Shown one piece after another: positions 1-8,570 of a stretch of 64,000 bases of DNA. The notes below the pieces were generated by a model, which did no database searches, was not told the DNA's origin, and saw only the letters and a program-made list of their open reading frames with translations. A program made the translations under genes and the position numbers. The stretch is from a virus (Duplodnaviria; Caudoviricetes): positions 2,023-66,022 of the IMG/VR virus record IMGVR_UViG_3300020455_000015; one strand, given 5' to 3'. Numbering within the stretch: the stretch's first letter is position 1; the number at the start of each line of letters is the position of its first letter.

Positions 1-368
1 TGATTTCCAATCTCAAAGAATCGATAATCACCTTCATAAACTGGTAGTCCATCAACTGAAAATGGATAGTTTTCTAAAGGATGCTGAAAATCGAATACGA
101 TAATGACCTTTTTATCAAAAAATCCCATAAGATCCATACCAAAACATGGAAGATTACTACCTGTCTTAGGATAGATAATGTTGTTATAGATACAAGATTT
201 TTCATTCCAGATCTCCACCTCTCTAGATTTAATTATAAGAGGATTGGAATAAGTTTTTGCAGTAAGATAAGTTTTCTTACTTTCCCAATTTGCCCAAACA
301 CTACCAACCTCACTGTAGAGGCTGATAGTGTCATGTAGGACATCTTTATACTGTTTCCACAGATTCAT
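1..368 (-). CDS. pebS: Phycoerythrobilin synthase (ferredoxin-dependent bilin reductase), 3' end truncated by the window edge; missing from the ORF track
   Basis: Manual translation from ATG at 368: [14 protein letters not shown]...[50 protein letters not shown]...YRFFEIGN, matching the cyanophage PebS signature [25 protein letters not shown]. Confidence 0.93.
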   Translation of the reverse strand, partial: [122 protein letters not shown]

Positions 369-1458
369 TATTCTCCTTGTCGAAGTCAACGTCTGCATCC
401 ACTTTGTCATACAACTCCATGAATGATTGCTTTGTCTCATCATCAAAACGATTCACACAAACTTCAATTGCTTTTGCTTTATCATTGAAGATAGAAAAGG
501 CACGAATAATGTGAACTAAACGACGAGTACTAATGATCTCTTCAATACCACCATCATAGAATGTTCTACGAATAATGTCAGCCCAGTCAACAAGTTTCTT
601 AATAAACTTGTCATCATGAACACCAACACTTGCAGAATGTAAGCGAAGTATCTTCTCTTCAATCTTAACGTGAGGATACTGTTGCTCAAAGGTAACAGGG
701 AATCTCTCTAAGAATGCTTCATTCAGTACATTTGTACCAATGAATCTGCCATCATCAGAACCTTTACCTTTTGTGTTTGCAGTTGCAATGATATTGAATC
801 CTGCAGCAGGTTTTACCCACTTTCCTATCTTCTTCAAGAAGACACCTTTGCCCTCAAGAATAGACTGTAAACATAGGATCTTGTTTGATGCTAAATCTAT
901 TTCATCTAAAAGGAGTATAGCTCCCCTCTCCAAAGATTCGATAACGGGGCCATTGTGCCAAACAGTATTACCATCAACAAGACGAAACCCACCAATAAGG
1001 TCGTCTTCATCTGTTTCGATTGTGATATTAACTCTAATCAACTCTCTATTTAGTTGAGCACATGCTTGTTCTACAGAGAATGTTTTACCATTACCTGATA
1101 GGCCTGTAATAAATGCAGGGTAGAATTGTTTAGACTGAATGATTTTTTTGACATCCTTAAATCCACCAAAAGGAACAAATGTTTCATCTTTTGTAGGAAT
1201 AAGATTTTGAACTTCTGGTGGAAGAACAGCAGGAGCAGCAAAACTTTTTTCAATCTGCTGTACACTTTCCTGTGTAATTTCAAGATTCCACTTACCTTTA
1301 GATACTTTGAATTGCTTTAACTTCTTAGTGACTGTTTGATATGTAATATCATTCATCGCACAGAATGCTTTGATATCCGCAGTAGTAAATTCAGATCCGT
1401 ATAAATCTTGAAGTTTTTCTATGATTTGATTTTGAGTCATTTTAATCTCGAAAGCCAT
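346..1458 (-). CDS. cobS: CobS-like / MoxR-family AAA+ ATPase
   Basis: Walker A GLSGNGKT, Walker B LLLDEID, TANTKGKG and LNEAFLERF; typical cyanomyophage 'cobS'. Confidence 0.9.
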   Translation of the reverse strand: MAFEIKMTQNQIIEKLQDLYGSEFTTADIKAFCAMNDITYQTVTKKLKQFKVSKGKWNLEITQESVQQIEKSFAAPAVLPPEVQNLIPTKDETFVPFGGFKDVKKIIQSKQFYPAFITGLSGNGKTFSVEQACAQLNRELIRVNITIETDEDDLIGGFRLVDGNTVWHNGPVIESLERGAILLLDEIDLASNKILCLQSILEGKGVFLKKIGKWVKPAAGFNIIATANTKGKGSDDGRFIGTNVLNEAFLERFPVTFEQQYPHVKIEEKILRLHSASVGVHDDKFIKKLVDWADIIRRTFYDGGIEEIISTRRLVHIIRAFSIFNDKAKAIEVCVNRFDDETKQSFMELYDKVDADVDFDKENNESVETV

Positions 1459-1486
1459 AATAAAGGGGGGGTTTCAGTTATGTACT

Positions 1487-1543
1487 TATTATAACTGAAA
1501 AAGGGGTCGTAAGACCCCCTTAGTAGACAGTTTACAAACTGGT
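1487..1543 (-). promoter_or_regulatory. Putative early promoter element: dyad box, GC hairpin with T-tract, then TATAAT, upstream of cobS
   Basis: Minus strand reads ACCAGTTTGTAAACTGTCTACT-AAGGGGGTCTTACGACCCCTTTTT-CAGTTATAATA. Confidence 0.6.
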
Positions 1544-1548
1544 TGTAT

Positions 1549-3768
1549 TTATGCAACCATTTCAATAAATTTACTAAGTATCTTCTTGTTCATTTTCTTA
1601 CCTTTAAGACTCTTAGTAAATGCTTTTTTAATTTGAGCCTTAGTAGCATCATCCTGAACTTCAAATTCAGTATCAGATCCTATGGCATTAGATGATAATC
1701 CAAGGTATACACTAAATCCAGAGTCCTCACTACTAAGAACAATAGATTTATTCCTCTTCCACTCAGACATTTTACTTTCATAACTAGAAATATTTGTGTA
1801 TGTATTATTAGAATTGAATCTAATAAATCTAGATGCCTCTCTTGCTTCTAAGATACGAATACCAACAAAATTTACATCAGGGAAAGTCTCACAAATATCT
1901 TTAAGAAAAATTTTAGAGTGAGAAATCCAATCATATGTGAACGCATGTGTTCTACCAGTTTTACGATTACGAAGAAATACACCTTCACTAATTGAACCAC
2001 TGCCAAGATAGGGATCCTCCTCCCAATATCTGTGCACTTCACGATGATATGAAGGTGATTGAGCTTCACCATCAGTAAGTATTACACAATTAACCTTTTC
2101 TACACCAGACTCTTTTTTAAAATATGGAATCACTTCATGTAATGCAATAACTGTTTCATTCAATGGTGTTCCAGATAAATTCATAAGTGTTGGGCACATC
2201 CGATTACCATGATACGATCTAAAGGATGATACCACTCTAAAAATATTAATAAGTTGTTGATTAAGTTCTTTATTACGAACTTTACTAGAAAACAGATTCA
2301 TCAAAGAAAAACTTTCCTCAACTCTTACTAAGTTTCTTTTTTGCTGATAAGCATTTTTTAGATCTTCATCTCTTGGGCAACTATTAGTAAATGCATAGAC
2401 CTCAAAAGGTATTTGAACTTTTTTACAAAACCAAATTAGATTGTATAGTTGCTTAATAGTATCCTGCATGACATGAGCCATGGAACCACTCCAATCAAGA
2501 ATGAATATAAGACCATGATTTTTACCATCAGGAACTACAGATATCTTTCTGAATAGATCCTCATTATACTTGTAAGTATGAAGTTTACTACAATCTAAGA
2601 TTCCTGTTCTAGCAGTTGTAGCACGAGCATAAGCACTAGCAGCTTTCTTACACTCAAACTCTTTAACTAAGTAATTAACTTCTTTCTGTGCTTCTTTTTT
2701 AAACTGTGCAAACTCTTCATCAATTTGTTTCAGAAAATCGTAAGAAGATTGCATAGGATTATAATATTCATTTTCATTTGATACTAAAGGTTGCTTTATC
2801 TCACTATGTAATTCTTCACACCATTCATGAATAACTTCATTTGGTATGATTATCTTCTCAATATCTAACTTTGGAATCTCTACATATACATTATCTCTAC
2901 CTTCCATCTGTGCAAGATTTTTAAGTGCATTATCAAGATTCTCAACAGTCTCAACTTTAAGTTCATCTTCAATTCCATTATTAGATGAACCACCCATTGG
3001 CATATCACTAGGATTTGATTGCTCTTGTTTTACTTGAACTTTCTGCTCACCATCAGTATTAGTATCTTCATTAGACTCATTACTGTTAACCAAATCTTCT
3101 AATGTGGCTTCCTGATTAGTTTCACTTTCACCTTCACCACCCTCATACTCGGTATTATCTTTACCTAAATCTGGACGTTGTGATTGTGATTCAGACTCTT
3201 CTTTTGCTTTATCATACTCTGCCTGACAATAATCAAACAATTCTTTAGATGTAGAAAGAACTTGATCAAAAGTTTCACACTGATCTATCTTACGAATGAA
3301 CACTTTCTCATTATCAGTAAAAGGAATATTGATATGAGTTCCAATCTTATAGTAAAGATTAACACGGTCTGCAAGGTTCATTAAAGAAATATCTTTACCT
3401 TCAACATCAAAGAAATCATCATCAACTAACTGAGTATAACCTTTGTAGAATGTTTTAGATATACCTTCATAACGACGTTTCATCATTTTTTCAATACGAG
3501 CATCTTCAACAATATTCACAAATGATGGATTCAGTCCAAACCACTCTTTCTCAAGAAACCAATCCCTATCAGGAGTGTACAAAGCATGACCAACCTCATG
3601 ACTCACAAGCATGTCATATACTTCAACAGCTGTATCCCAGACAGGCAATGTAAGAATACGAGTATTGACATTAAACTGTGCGGTTTCAACTCTCTTATGC
3701 TCTACTATTAGGTCTTCTGCAGCGAGTAATTTTGCTAATTGTGATTTGATTTCGTATGAGATGGTCAT
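1549..3768 (-). CDS. VWA-domain protein with N-terminal HExxH metallopeptidase-like domain (CobT-like partner of the AAA+ ATPase)
   Basis: HEVGH plus NIVEDARIE; acidic linker; MIDAS DWSGSM, GTPL and ILTDGE. Confidence 0.85.
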   Translation of the reverse strand: MTISYEIKSQLAKLLAAEDLIVEHKRVETAQFNVNTRILTLPVWDTAVEVYDMLVSHEVGHALYTPDRDWFLEKEWFGLNPSFVNIVEDARIEKMMKRRYEGISKTFYKGYTQLVDDDFFDVEGKDISLMNLADRVNLYYKIGTHINIPFTDNEKVFIRKIDQCETFDQVLSTSKELFDYCQAEYDKAKEESESQSQRPDLGKDNTEYEGGEGESETNQEATLEDLVNSNESNEDTNTDGEQKVQVKQEQSNPSDMPMGGSSNNGIEDELKVETVENLDNALKNLAQMEGRDNVYVEIPKLDIEKIIIPNEVIHEWCEELHSEIKQPLVSNENEYYNPMQSSYDFLKQIDEEFAQFKKEAQKEVNYLVKEFECKKAASAYARATTARTGILDCSKLHTYKYNEDLFRKISVVPDGKNHGLIFILDWSGSMAHVMQDTIKQLYNLIWFCKKVQIPFEVYAFTNSCPRDEDLKNAYQQKRNLVRVEESFSLMNLFSSKVRNKELNQQLINIFRVVSSFRSYHGNRMCPTLMNLSGTPLNETVIALHEVIPYFKKESGVEKVNCVILTDGEAQSPSYHREVHRYWEEDPYLGSGSISEGVFLRNRKTGRTHAFTYDWISHSKIFLKDICETFPDVNFVGIRILEAREASRFIRFNSNNTYTNISSYESKMSEWKRNKSIVLSSEDSGFSVYLGLSSNAIGSDTEFEVQDDATKAQIKKAFTKSLKGKKMNKKILSKFIEMVA

Positions 3769-3777
3769 TGGGGATCT

Positions 3778-3939
3778 TTATCTGATATACCCATAATAAT
3801 ACGAAACCCGCCTCTTGGACGGGTGTAGTAGACACTTTATCAACTGTCTGCGTCGTTCTTTTGCAGAACGTAACGCTTGAGGTTTAAGTTTTCGTTTCTT
3901 CTCCTTCTTGGAGTGATGCTGCCAGTTAGGTGTGTTCAT
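3778..3939 (-). CDS. Small basic hypothetical protein (53 aa); not in the ORF track
   Basis: MNTPNWQHHSKKEKKRKLKPQALRSAKERRRQL...; ATGA overlap with the upstream ORF; resembles a recurrent cyanomyophage peptide. Confidence 0.7.
   Translation of the reverse strand: MNTPNWQHHSKKEKKRKLKPQALRSAKERRRQLIKCLLHPSKRRVSYYYGYIR
3793..3848 (-). promoter_or_regulatory. Second copy of the putative early promoter element, upstream of the VWA gene
   Basis: Minus strand reads GACAGTTGATAAAGTGTCTACT-ACACCCGTCCAAGAGGCGGGTTTCG-TATTAT; same layout as 1487-1543. Confidence 0.55.
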
Positions 3940-4184
3940 GTTCCTGTAGCATAATCTAATGCTTTTTTAGCCGTGGATAATAATCGAATTTTCCTATAGT
4001 CTTTAGTATAGGGTATTGATACTGAGAATCCTAAAAGATCTCCCTCTGGATCGTCTGGAATACCTACTGGTTGAACAAAGAATATGCCAGCGTGTGCAAC
4101 GCATTTCCATCCTATGTCAACAAATCCCAGATCTCTCAAAGCACATTCTAACTTAAGAGAATGACATGCTTCTTCCAATATCAT
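3936..4184 (-). CDS. Hypothetical protein
   Basis: 82-aa ORF in operon orientation, stop coupled to the next start. Confidence 0.7.
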   Translation of the reverse strand: MILEEACHSLKLECALRDLGFVDIGWKCVAHAGIFFVQPVGIPDDPEGDLLGFSVSIPYTKDYRKIRLLSTAKKALDYATGT

Positions 4185-4204
4185 ACGGATAACCGAATTT
4201 AAAA

Positions 4205-5170
4205 TTATTTAGTATTGTAAACAATCTCTCCTATCTGAAGTCCATAATCTATTTCTGGTGGAACAATAAGACAAAAACCAATACCACAATTAAATACTTT
4301 TCTCATTTCACTTTCATCAATGTCACCTGCATTTTGAATTTTGGTAAACAATTCAGGACGTTTCCAAGAGTTCCAATCAATATTGGCTTTCAATCCATCA
4401 GGAATAACTCTGGATATATTTTCTTCCAATCCACCACCAGTGATATGTGCCATACCAACAATAGGTATCTCATCCAATAATTGATTAATCTGATTTGCAT
4501 AAATTGTGGTTGGAGTAAGAAGTTCTGGCATCTCACTAAGATATAACTTATGCCTCCAAAGCATATCTGTAATCAAACTATAACCATTACTATGAATACC
4601 ACTACTGGGTAAACCAATAATCTTATCTCCAGACTTTATAAGACTTCCATCAATAATTTCATTTTGCTCCACTACACCAGTGCAAAATCCTGATACATCT
4701 CTAATGGCATTTACCATTGCTGAACGTTTTGGATGCTCTGCTGTTTCTCCACCTAATAAAGAACAACCAGATTGTATACACCCTTCTGATATTCCATTGA
4801 CTAATTCTGTCAATAAATCTCCATATAATTTTAGATTTGATGTGCAAATATAATCTAAAAAATATAATGGTTTTGCACCACAAGTGATTATATCATTAAC
4901 ACACATGGCAACAAGATCAATACCTATACCATGCATTACAGATGGATTACCAGTTGAATTTAATTCAGCAACATGAACCTTAGTTCCTACACCATCAGTA
5001 CCAGAAACCAATACAGGTTTTTCATATCCACTAGGAATTTTTATCATTCCATTAAAACCACCATATCCACCCATGACCTCTGGTCTATGAGTGGATTTGA
5101 CGGCCTTCTTTATTTGAGATACAAAAGCATTTCCTGCTTCTATGTCAACACCAGAAGATTTATAATCCAT
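4205..5170 (-). CDS. purM: Phosphoribosylformylglycinamidine cyclo-ligase (AIR synthase)
   Basis: MDYKSSGVDI start (5170 preferred to 5197), GTDGVGTK, DLVAMCVND, GGETAEHP, SSGIHSNGYSL, HITGGGL, FNCGIG. Confidence 0.97.
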   Translation of the reverse strand: MDYKSSGVDIEAGNAFVSQIKKAVKSTHRPEVMGGYGGFNGMIKIPSGYEKPVLVSGTDGVGTKVHVAELNSTGNPSVMHGIGIDLVAMCVNDIITCGAKPLYFLDYICTSNLKLYGDLLTELVNGISEGCIQSGCSLLGGETAEHPKRSAMVNAIRDVSGFCTGVVEQNEIIDGSLIKSGDKIIGLPSSGIHSNGYSLITDMLWRHKLYLSEMPELLTPTTIYANQINQLLDEIPIVGMAHITGGGLEENISRVIPDGLKANIDWNSWKRPELFTKIQNAGDIDESEMRKVFNCGIGFCLIVPPEIDYGLQIGEIVYNTK

Positions 5171-5171
5171 T

Positions 5172-6641
5172 TTATTCTTCTTTTTCTTTCTTGACATCTG
5201 ATCTCCATTCTTCCATATATTTTATAGAAAATGTTCTATCAATGTTATATTTTGAACCCGATGATTTATCTTTTCTTTGTATAGGTTTAATAGCATCCTC
5301 GATATAATATCTTAAAATACTTTCAAACTTATCAACCTTTCCCTTTTTTTTACCTTTACCAAACCATTTTTCAATGTAAGAGTATTCAGAATGATGCATG
5401 AGAGCAACAATGTTTCTTTTATTTGGGTCATCTTTTACAGCTTTTAGAGTGGATAATAGACCTGATTTCCAACCTGCTGTGGCGATAGTTATAACAATTG
5501 TATCACCATCACTTTCTAACTCTTTCTTTTTATTTTGCAATTCATTCCAATTATCCTTGTGAGCCTTATCATTTATATAATGAATAAAAGTTTTGTTATC
5601 TCTTTTTTCTTCTCTCTCTTGTTTTATGTTAGACTCAACCATATCAAGGATTCTATTAGCAGTTTTTGTATGAAATCCATAATCTTCCTTTAAACAATCA
5701 ATATTAGTTTTTGATCTAATATCAATATTATGATCTGTTTTTCTTGATTTTATTTCTTTTGCTGCGTCTTCCTTTTTAATTTCATCTTTTATAGTTTTTG
5801 ATTTTCTATTTCTTAAATTTCCAATATGTCTAGCATCCTCTTCAGTAATTCCATATTTTTTAATTACCGATTCAGGAACACGCAACTCTTTCATATAATC
5901 CAATTTTGCGTTTATACCTGCTTTAATTGTGCAATTACCATCACCCACCCTATCTTTTTTATGTGGGTCACTTTTTAATTCAAAATTTTCCCACACTAAA
6001 ATATACTCGGCTCCCATTCCATCACCTTTATCCTCCATGTAACCTTGTATTTCTTTAATGTGCTTTTTATCTTCCTCTAATCTAGTTTGTATAGAAGATA
6101 GTGAACCTAATCTTGATGATTTACTGAATAATGGTATTAGTTCACTCCACAAACCCATAGACTCAAGTTCTTCTTTTGAGTAACATGTTCCATCATCCTT
6201 GATTGGCCTTCTGAGTTTTTCATTGAATTTTTCAACTTGTTCTACAAATGCTTTATTTTGTTCTCTATTTCTAGGATCTTTAAATCCTGTTGGTGCCACA
6301 CTTTTGTTAAAAAATAAAGGATTTTTAATCACATTATTTTCTTTTTGCAATTTACTTTCTAAATTTTGCATGTCTTGTTTTACTCCATAATCAATTAGTG
6401 TTAAAGATAAGGGTATACCTGTTTGAAAAAGTTTTTTAAATTTGTCACAGGTAGAACTATTAAAATATCTTCCATCAAAAATTTCCTCATCATCTTGCAA
6501 ATGATGATACCCAAGATACTTATCTCCTCTATATAATCCCTTTAAAACCTCAAACTCATATACAATAGAATCGTATGAATTTCTATCAACACCATCTACT
6601 TTTGTTTTATCTATTTTTACAATAGAATCAGGTTTTAACAT
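5172..6641 (-). CDS. Lys-rich hypothetical protein with Seg/GIY-YIG-like N-terminus and possible ParB-like central motif
   Basis: Likely start M at 6641 overlapping the upstream stop; IVY...KYLGYH...YFNSS...LESKL...FFNKS pattern; GDGNCT resembles ParB/Srx DGNHR/T. Confidence 0.55.
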   Translation of the reverse strand: MLKPDSIVKIDKTKVDGVDRNSYDSIVYEFEVLKGLYRGDKYLGYHHLQDDEEIFDGRYFNSSTCDKFKKLFQTGIPLSLTLIDYGVKQDMQNLESKLQKENNVIKNPLFFNKSVAPTGFKDPRNREQNKAFVEQVEKFNEKLRRPIKDDGTCYSKEELESMGLWSELIPLFSKSSRLGSLSSIQTRLEEDKKHIKEIQGYMEDKGDGMGAEYILVWENFELKSDPHKKDRVGDGNCTIKAGINAKLDYMKELRVPESVIKKYGITEEDARHIGNLRNRKSKTIKDEIKKEDAAKEIKSRKTDHNIDIRSKTNIDCLKEDYGFHTKTANRILDMVESNIKQEREEKRDNKTFIHYINDKAHKDNWNELQNKKKELESDGDTIVITIATAGWKSGLLSTLKAVKDDPNKRNIVALMHHSEYSYIEKWFGKGKKKGKVDKFESILRYYIEDAIKPIQRKDKSSGSKYNIDRTFSIKYMEEWRSDVKKEKEE

Positions 6642-7114
6642 ATATGATCGCTCTCTAATCTGTTGCCTAAGATTCTTTTCATCAAATTCAAAGATACTTG
6701 TTGCGGTCTGTGTTTCCATCCATACCAATTTGTTTTCTTTCCAATATTATACGGTGGATTCTTTCCTTTGTCAAGGTATTGATTTGCAGTGCAATCATAG
6801 ATCCTTTCACCATCCTGTAACCACCAATGTTTCTCTCCACGATAATCTTCACCACTCATTGACACTAACTTATCAGTATCAATCAGATAATACAAGGCTT
6901 GAGAAGAATGATAACAATGACCATAATATTTGTTAGTTAATACATCACTAGGATACATTAACGACTTTCTTCCTTTAAGTAAATCTGGGGTAAGATTGTC
7001 TTGAATTTTTTTGATTACAAATTCAATTTCATCATACGGATAAGGTTCAAAGGTAAGTGTTCTTGTTTCAAAAATTCTCTTACCATCGTACCTATTCCTT
7101 TCAACAGTTTTCAT
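6635..7114 (-). CDS. Hypothetical protein, possible transglutaminase/papain-like fold
   Basis: GHCYHSS...HWWLQDG..IYDCT gives Cys-His-Asp order. Confidence 0.65.
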   Translation of the reverse strand: MKTVERNRYDGKRIFETRTLTFEPYPYDEIEFVIKKIQDNLTPDLLKGRKSLMYPSDVLTNKYYGHCYHSSQALYYLIDTDKLVSMSGEDYRGEKHWWLQDGERIYDCTANQYLDKGKNPPYNIGKKTNWYGWKHRPQQVSLNLMKRILGNRLESDHIC

Positions 7115-7212
7115 TTCTCATCCATGTCTGGTAGATTAAAAATAGTTAACCAAGCAATTGATAAAACAATTATTAAAAACACTCTAATTGAACTAGGGGA
7201 AGTGTCAATCAT
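7111..7212 (-). CDS. Small single-TM membrane protein (33 aa); not in the ORF track
   Basis: [37 protein letters not shown] overlaps at both ends. Confidence 0.7.
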   Translation of the reverse strand: MIDTSPSSIRVFLIIVLSIAWLTIFNLPDMDEK

Positions 7213-7751
7213 CTTGCTCCTACCCTTGGTTCACTGTCTGGTACTTCATGGGGATCCATTTTTCCTTTTGGTAAGTAAGCAAGCTCACGCATAGCCCTAA
7301 CTGAGGGATCAGTTGTAACATTAGTGGGCAGTCGTCCAAGAGCGACATTATCATAGTTAAGTTGATGTCTGTCAAAAACTGAAAGTTCATATTCCTCCGT
7401 CATTGATAGACAGTTCGTAGGACAGTATTCTACACAATTTCCACAGAATATGCAAGCTCCGAAGTCTATCGAATAATTTCTAAGTTCTTTTTTCTTTGTC
7501 TGTTTGTTCATCACCCAATCGACCACTGGGAGATTTATTGGGCATACACGAACACATACTTCACAAGCAATACATTTATCAAACTCGTAATGAATACGGC
7601 CTCGATAACGCTCAGAAGGGATAAGTTTTTCATAAGGATACTGTATGGTTACAGGTCTTCTTCGCATATGATCAAAAGTTACTTCTAACCCTTGCAACAT
7701 ATACTTTGCAGTGTCTTTAATTTCTTTTAGATAATTAAAGATCGCTTTCAT
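7209..7751 (-). CDS. ndhI: NAD(P)H-quinone oxidoreductase (NDH-1) subunit I, 2x[4Fe-4S]
   Basis: [33 protein letters not shown] and [12 protein letters not shown]; cyanobacterial NdhI. Confidence 0.97.
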   Translation of the reverse strand: MKAIFNYLKEIKDTAKYMLQGLEVTFDHMRRRPVTIQYPYEKLIPSERYRGRIHYEFDKCIACEVCVRVCPINLPVVDWVMNKQTKKKELRNYSIDFGACIFCGNCVEYCPTNCLSMTEEYELSVFDRHQLNYDNVALGRLPTNVTTDPSVRAMRELAYLPKGKMDPHEVPDSEPRVGAR

Positions 7752-7996
7752 TTCTTTGTTGGATCTGGAAGAATAAATGGTGGTGCATCATTACAAGAAG
7801 ATGGGCCATACTGTTCATACTCTCTATACCCACCCATCTTACCATTGGTTTTCATTAATGCAGATGTAAATGCAAGAAGAAGAAATATTGTTGGAGCACC
7901 TATAATAAGTGCTGCGCCAAAAATATAACCAATAAGAAACTCAGGTATTGAATGATTACCTAAGAACTCATGATTGTTTAATAAAAAATTAATCAT
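7748..7996 (-). CDS. Hypothetical membrane protein (82 aa) within the photosynthetic cassette
   Basis: Hydrophobic stretch [28 protein letters not shown]-coupled to psaJ and ndhI. Confidence 0.75.
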   Translation of the reverse strand: MINFLLNNHEFLGNHSIPEFLIGYIFGAALIIGAPTIFLLLAFTSALMKTNGKMGGYREYEQYGPSSCNDAPPFILPDPTKK

Positions 7997-8136
7997 TGCA
8001 TTGGATGAAATAAAAGATCTGGAAAGAAGTAATTAAACTCTATGAGTATGACTGCTGTAAGAGTCAACCATATAGTTGCTACTACTGGAGCAGACCTAAA
8101 CCATTTTGTATAAAAGATTTTAAATAGATTTTTCAT
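7993..8136 (-). CDS. psaJ: Photosystem I subunit IX, stand-alone; not in the ORF track
   Basis: Manual translation [47 protein letters not shown]; PsaJ signature SAPV...W...[13 protein letters not shown]. Confidence 0.95.
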   Translation of the reverse strand: MKNLFKIFYTKWFRSAPVVATIWLTLTAVILIEFNYFFPDLLFHPMQ

Positions 8137-8267
8137 CGTTGGACATCATGAGCACAACCATCACCATTATAATCATCACTATCATAGTAACCACCTTTAG
8201 TTCCAAAGAACAATGATAGTCCTACAAACGGTAATGCTGCAAAGATTAATATAATTTCTAAAGTCAA
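8133..8267 (-). CDS. ndhP: NDH-1 small subunit P, TTG start; not in the ORF track
   Basis: [44 protein letters not shown]; one TM helix followed by the NdhP motif FFGT..G(F/Y)YD.D.Y.G.G.AH. Confidence 0.9.
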   Translation of the reverse strand: MTLEIILIFAALPFVGLSLFFGTKGGYYDSDDYNGDGCAHDVQR

Positions 8268-8563
8268 TCCCTTTGCCTCCAATCATCAGATCGTTCTTGA
8301 TGAAACCAGTCTACCACATCTTGTGGATCTCCGAAACCCCTACGATGATTGCTTGAATCGGGGTCTCCTATATCCAAGCTATTAAGAAAAGACTCGTTAG
8401 GATTAGTGCTCATCCTACGAGCCTTATTTAGCATACCCCTTGCAGAGGTATTCGCTTTTGCTAATTTGTTTGCCCAAATCATATCAGTGAGACTGACTTC
8501 AGTTCCAGAAGCAATATCTTTACAGATAGCTTCAAGTCTCAAACGATATTCAGTTGATAACAT
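8264..8563 (-). CDS. Conserved cyanophage hypothetical protein
   Basis: MLSTEYRLRLEAIC...DMIWANKLAKAN; operon context. Confidence 0.8.
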   Translation of the reverse strand: MLSTEYRLRLEAICKDIASGTEVSLTDMIWANKLAKANTSARGMLNKARRMSTNPNESFLNSLDIGDPDSSNHRRGFGDPQDVVDWFHQERSDDWRQRD

Positions 8564-8570
8564 AAGTATC

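Noticed and set aside
346-1458. Cobalamin biosynthesis role for cobS
   Set aside because: No cobN or other cob genes in the window; the sequence supports only a MoxR-type AAA+ ATPase.
7993-8136. psaJF fusion or a full viral PSI cassette
   Set aside because: psaJ ends at a TGA after 47 codons, and no psaA, B, C, D, E or K is seen in the window.
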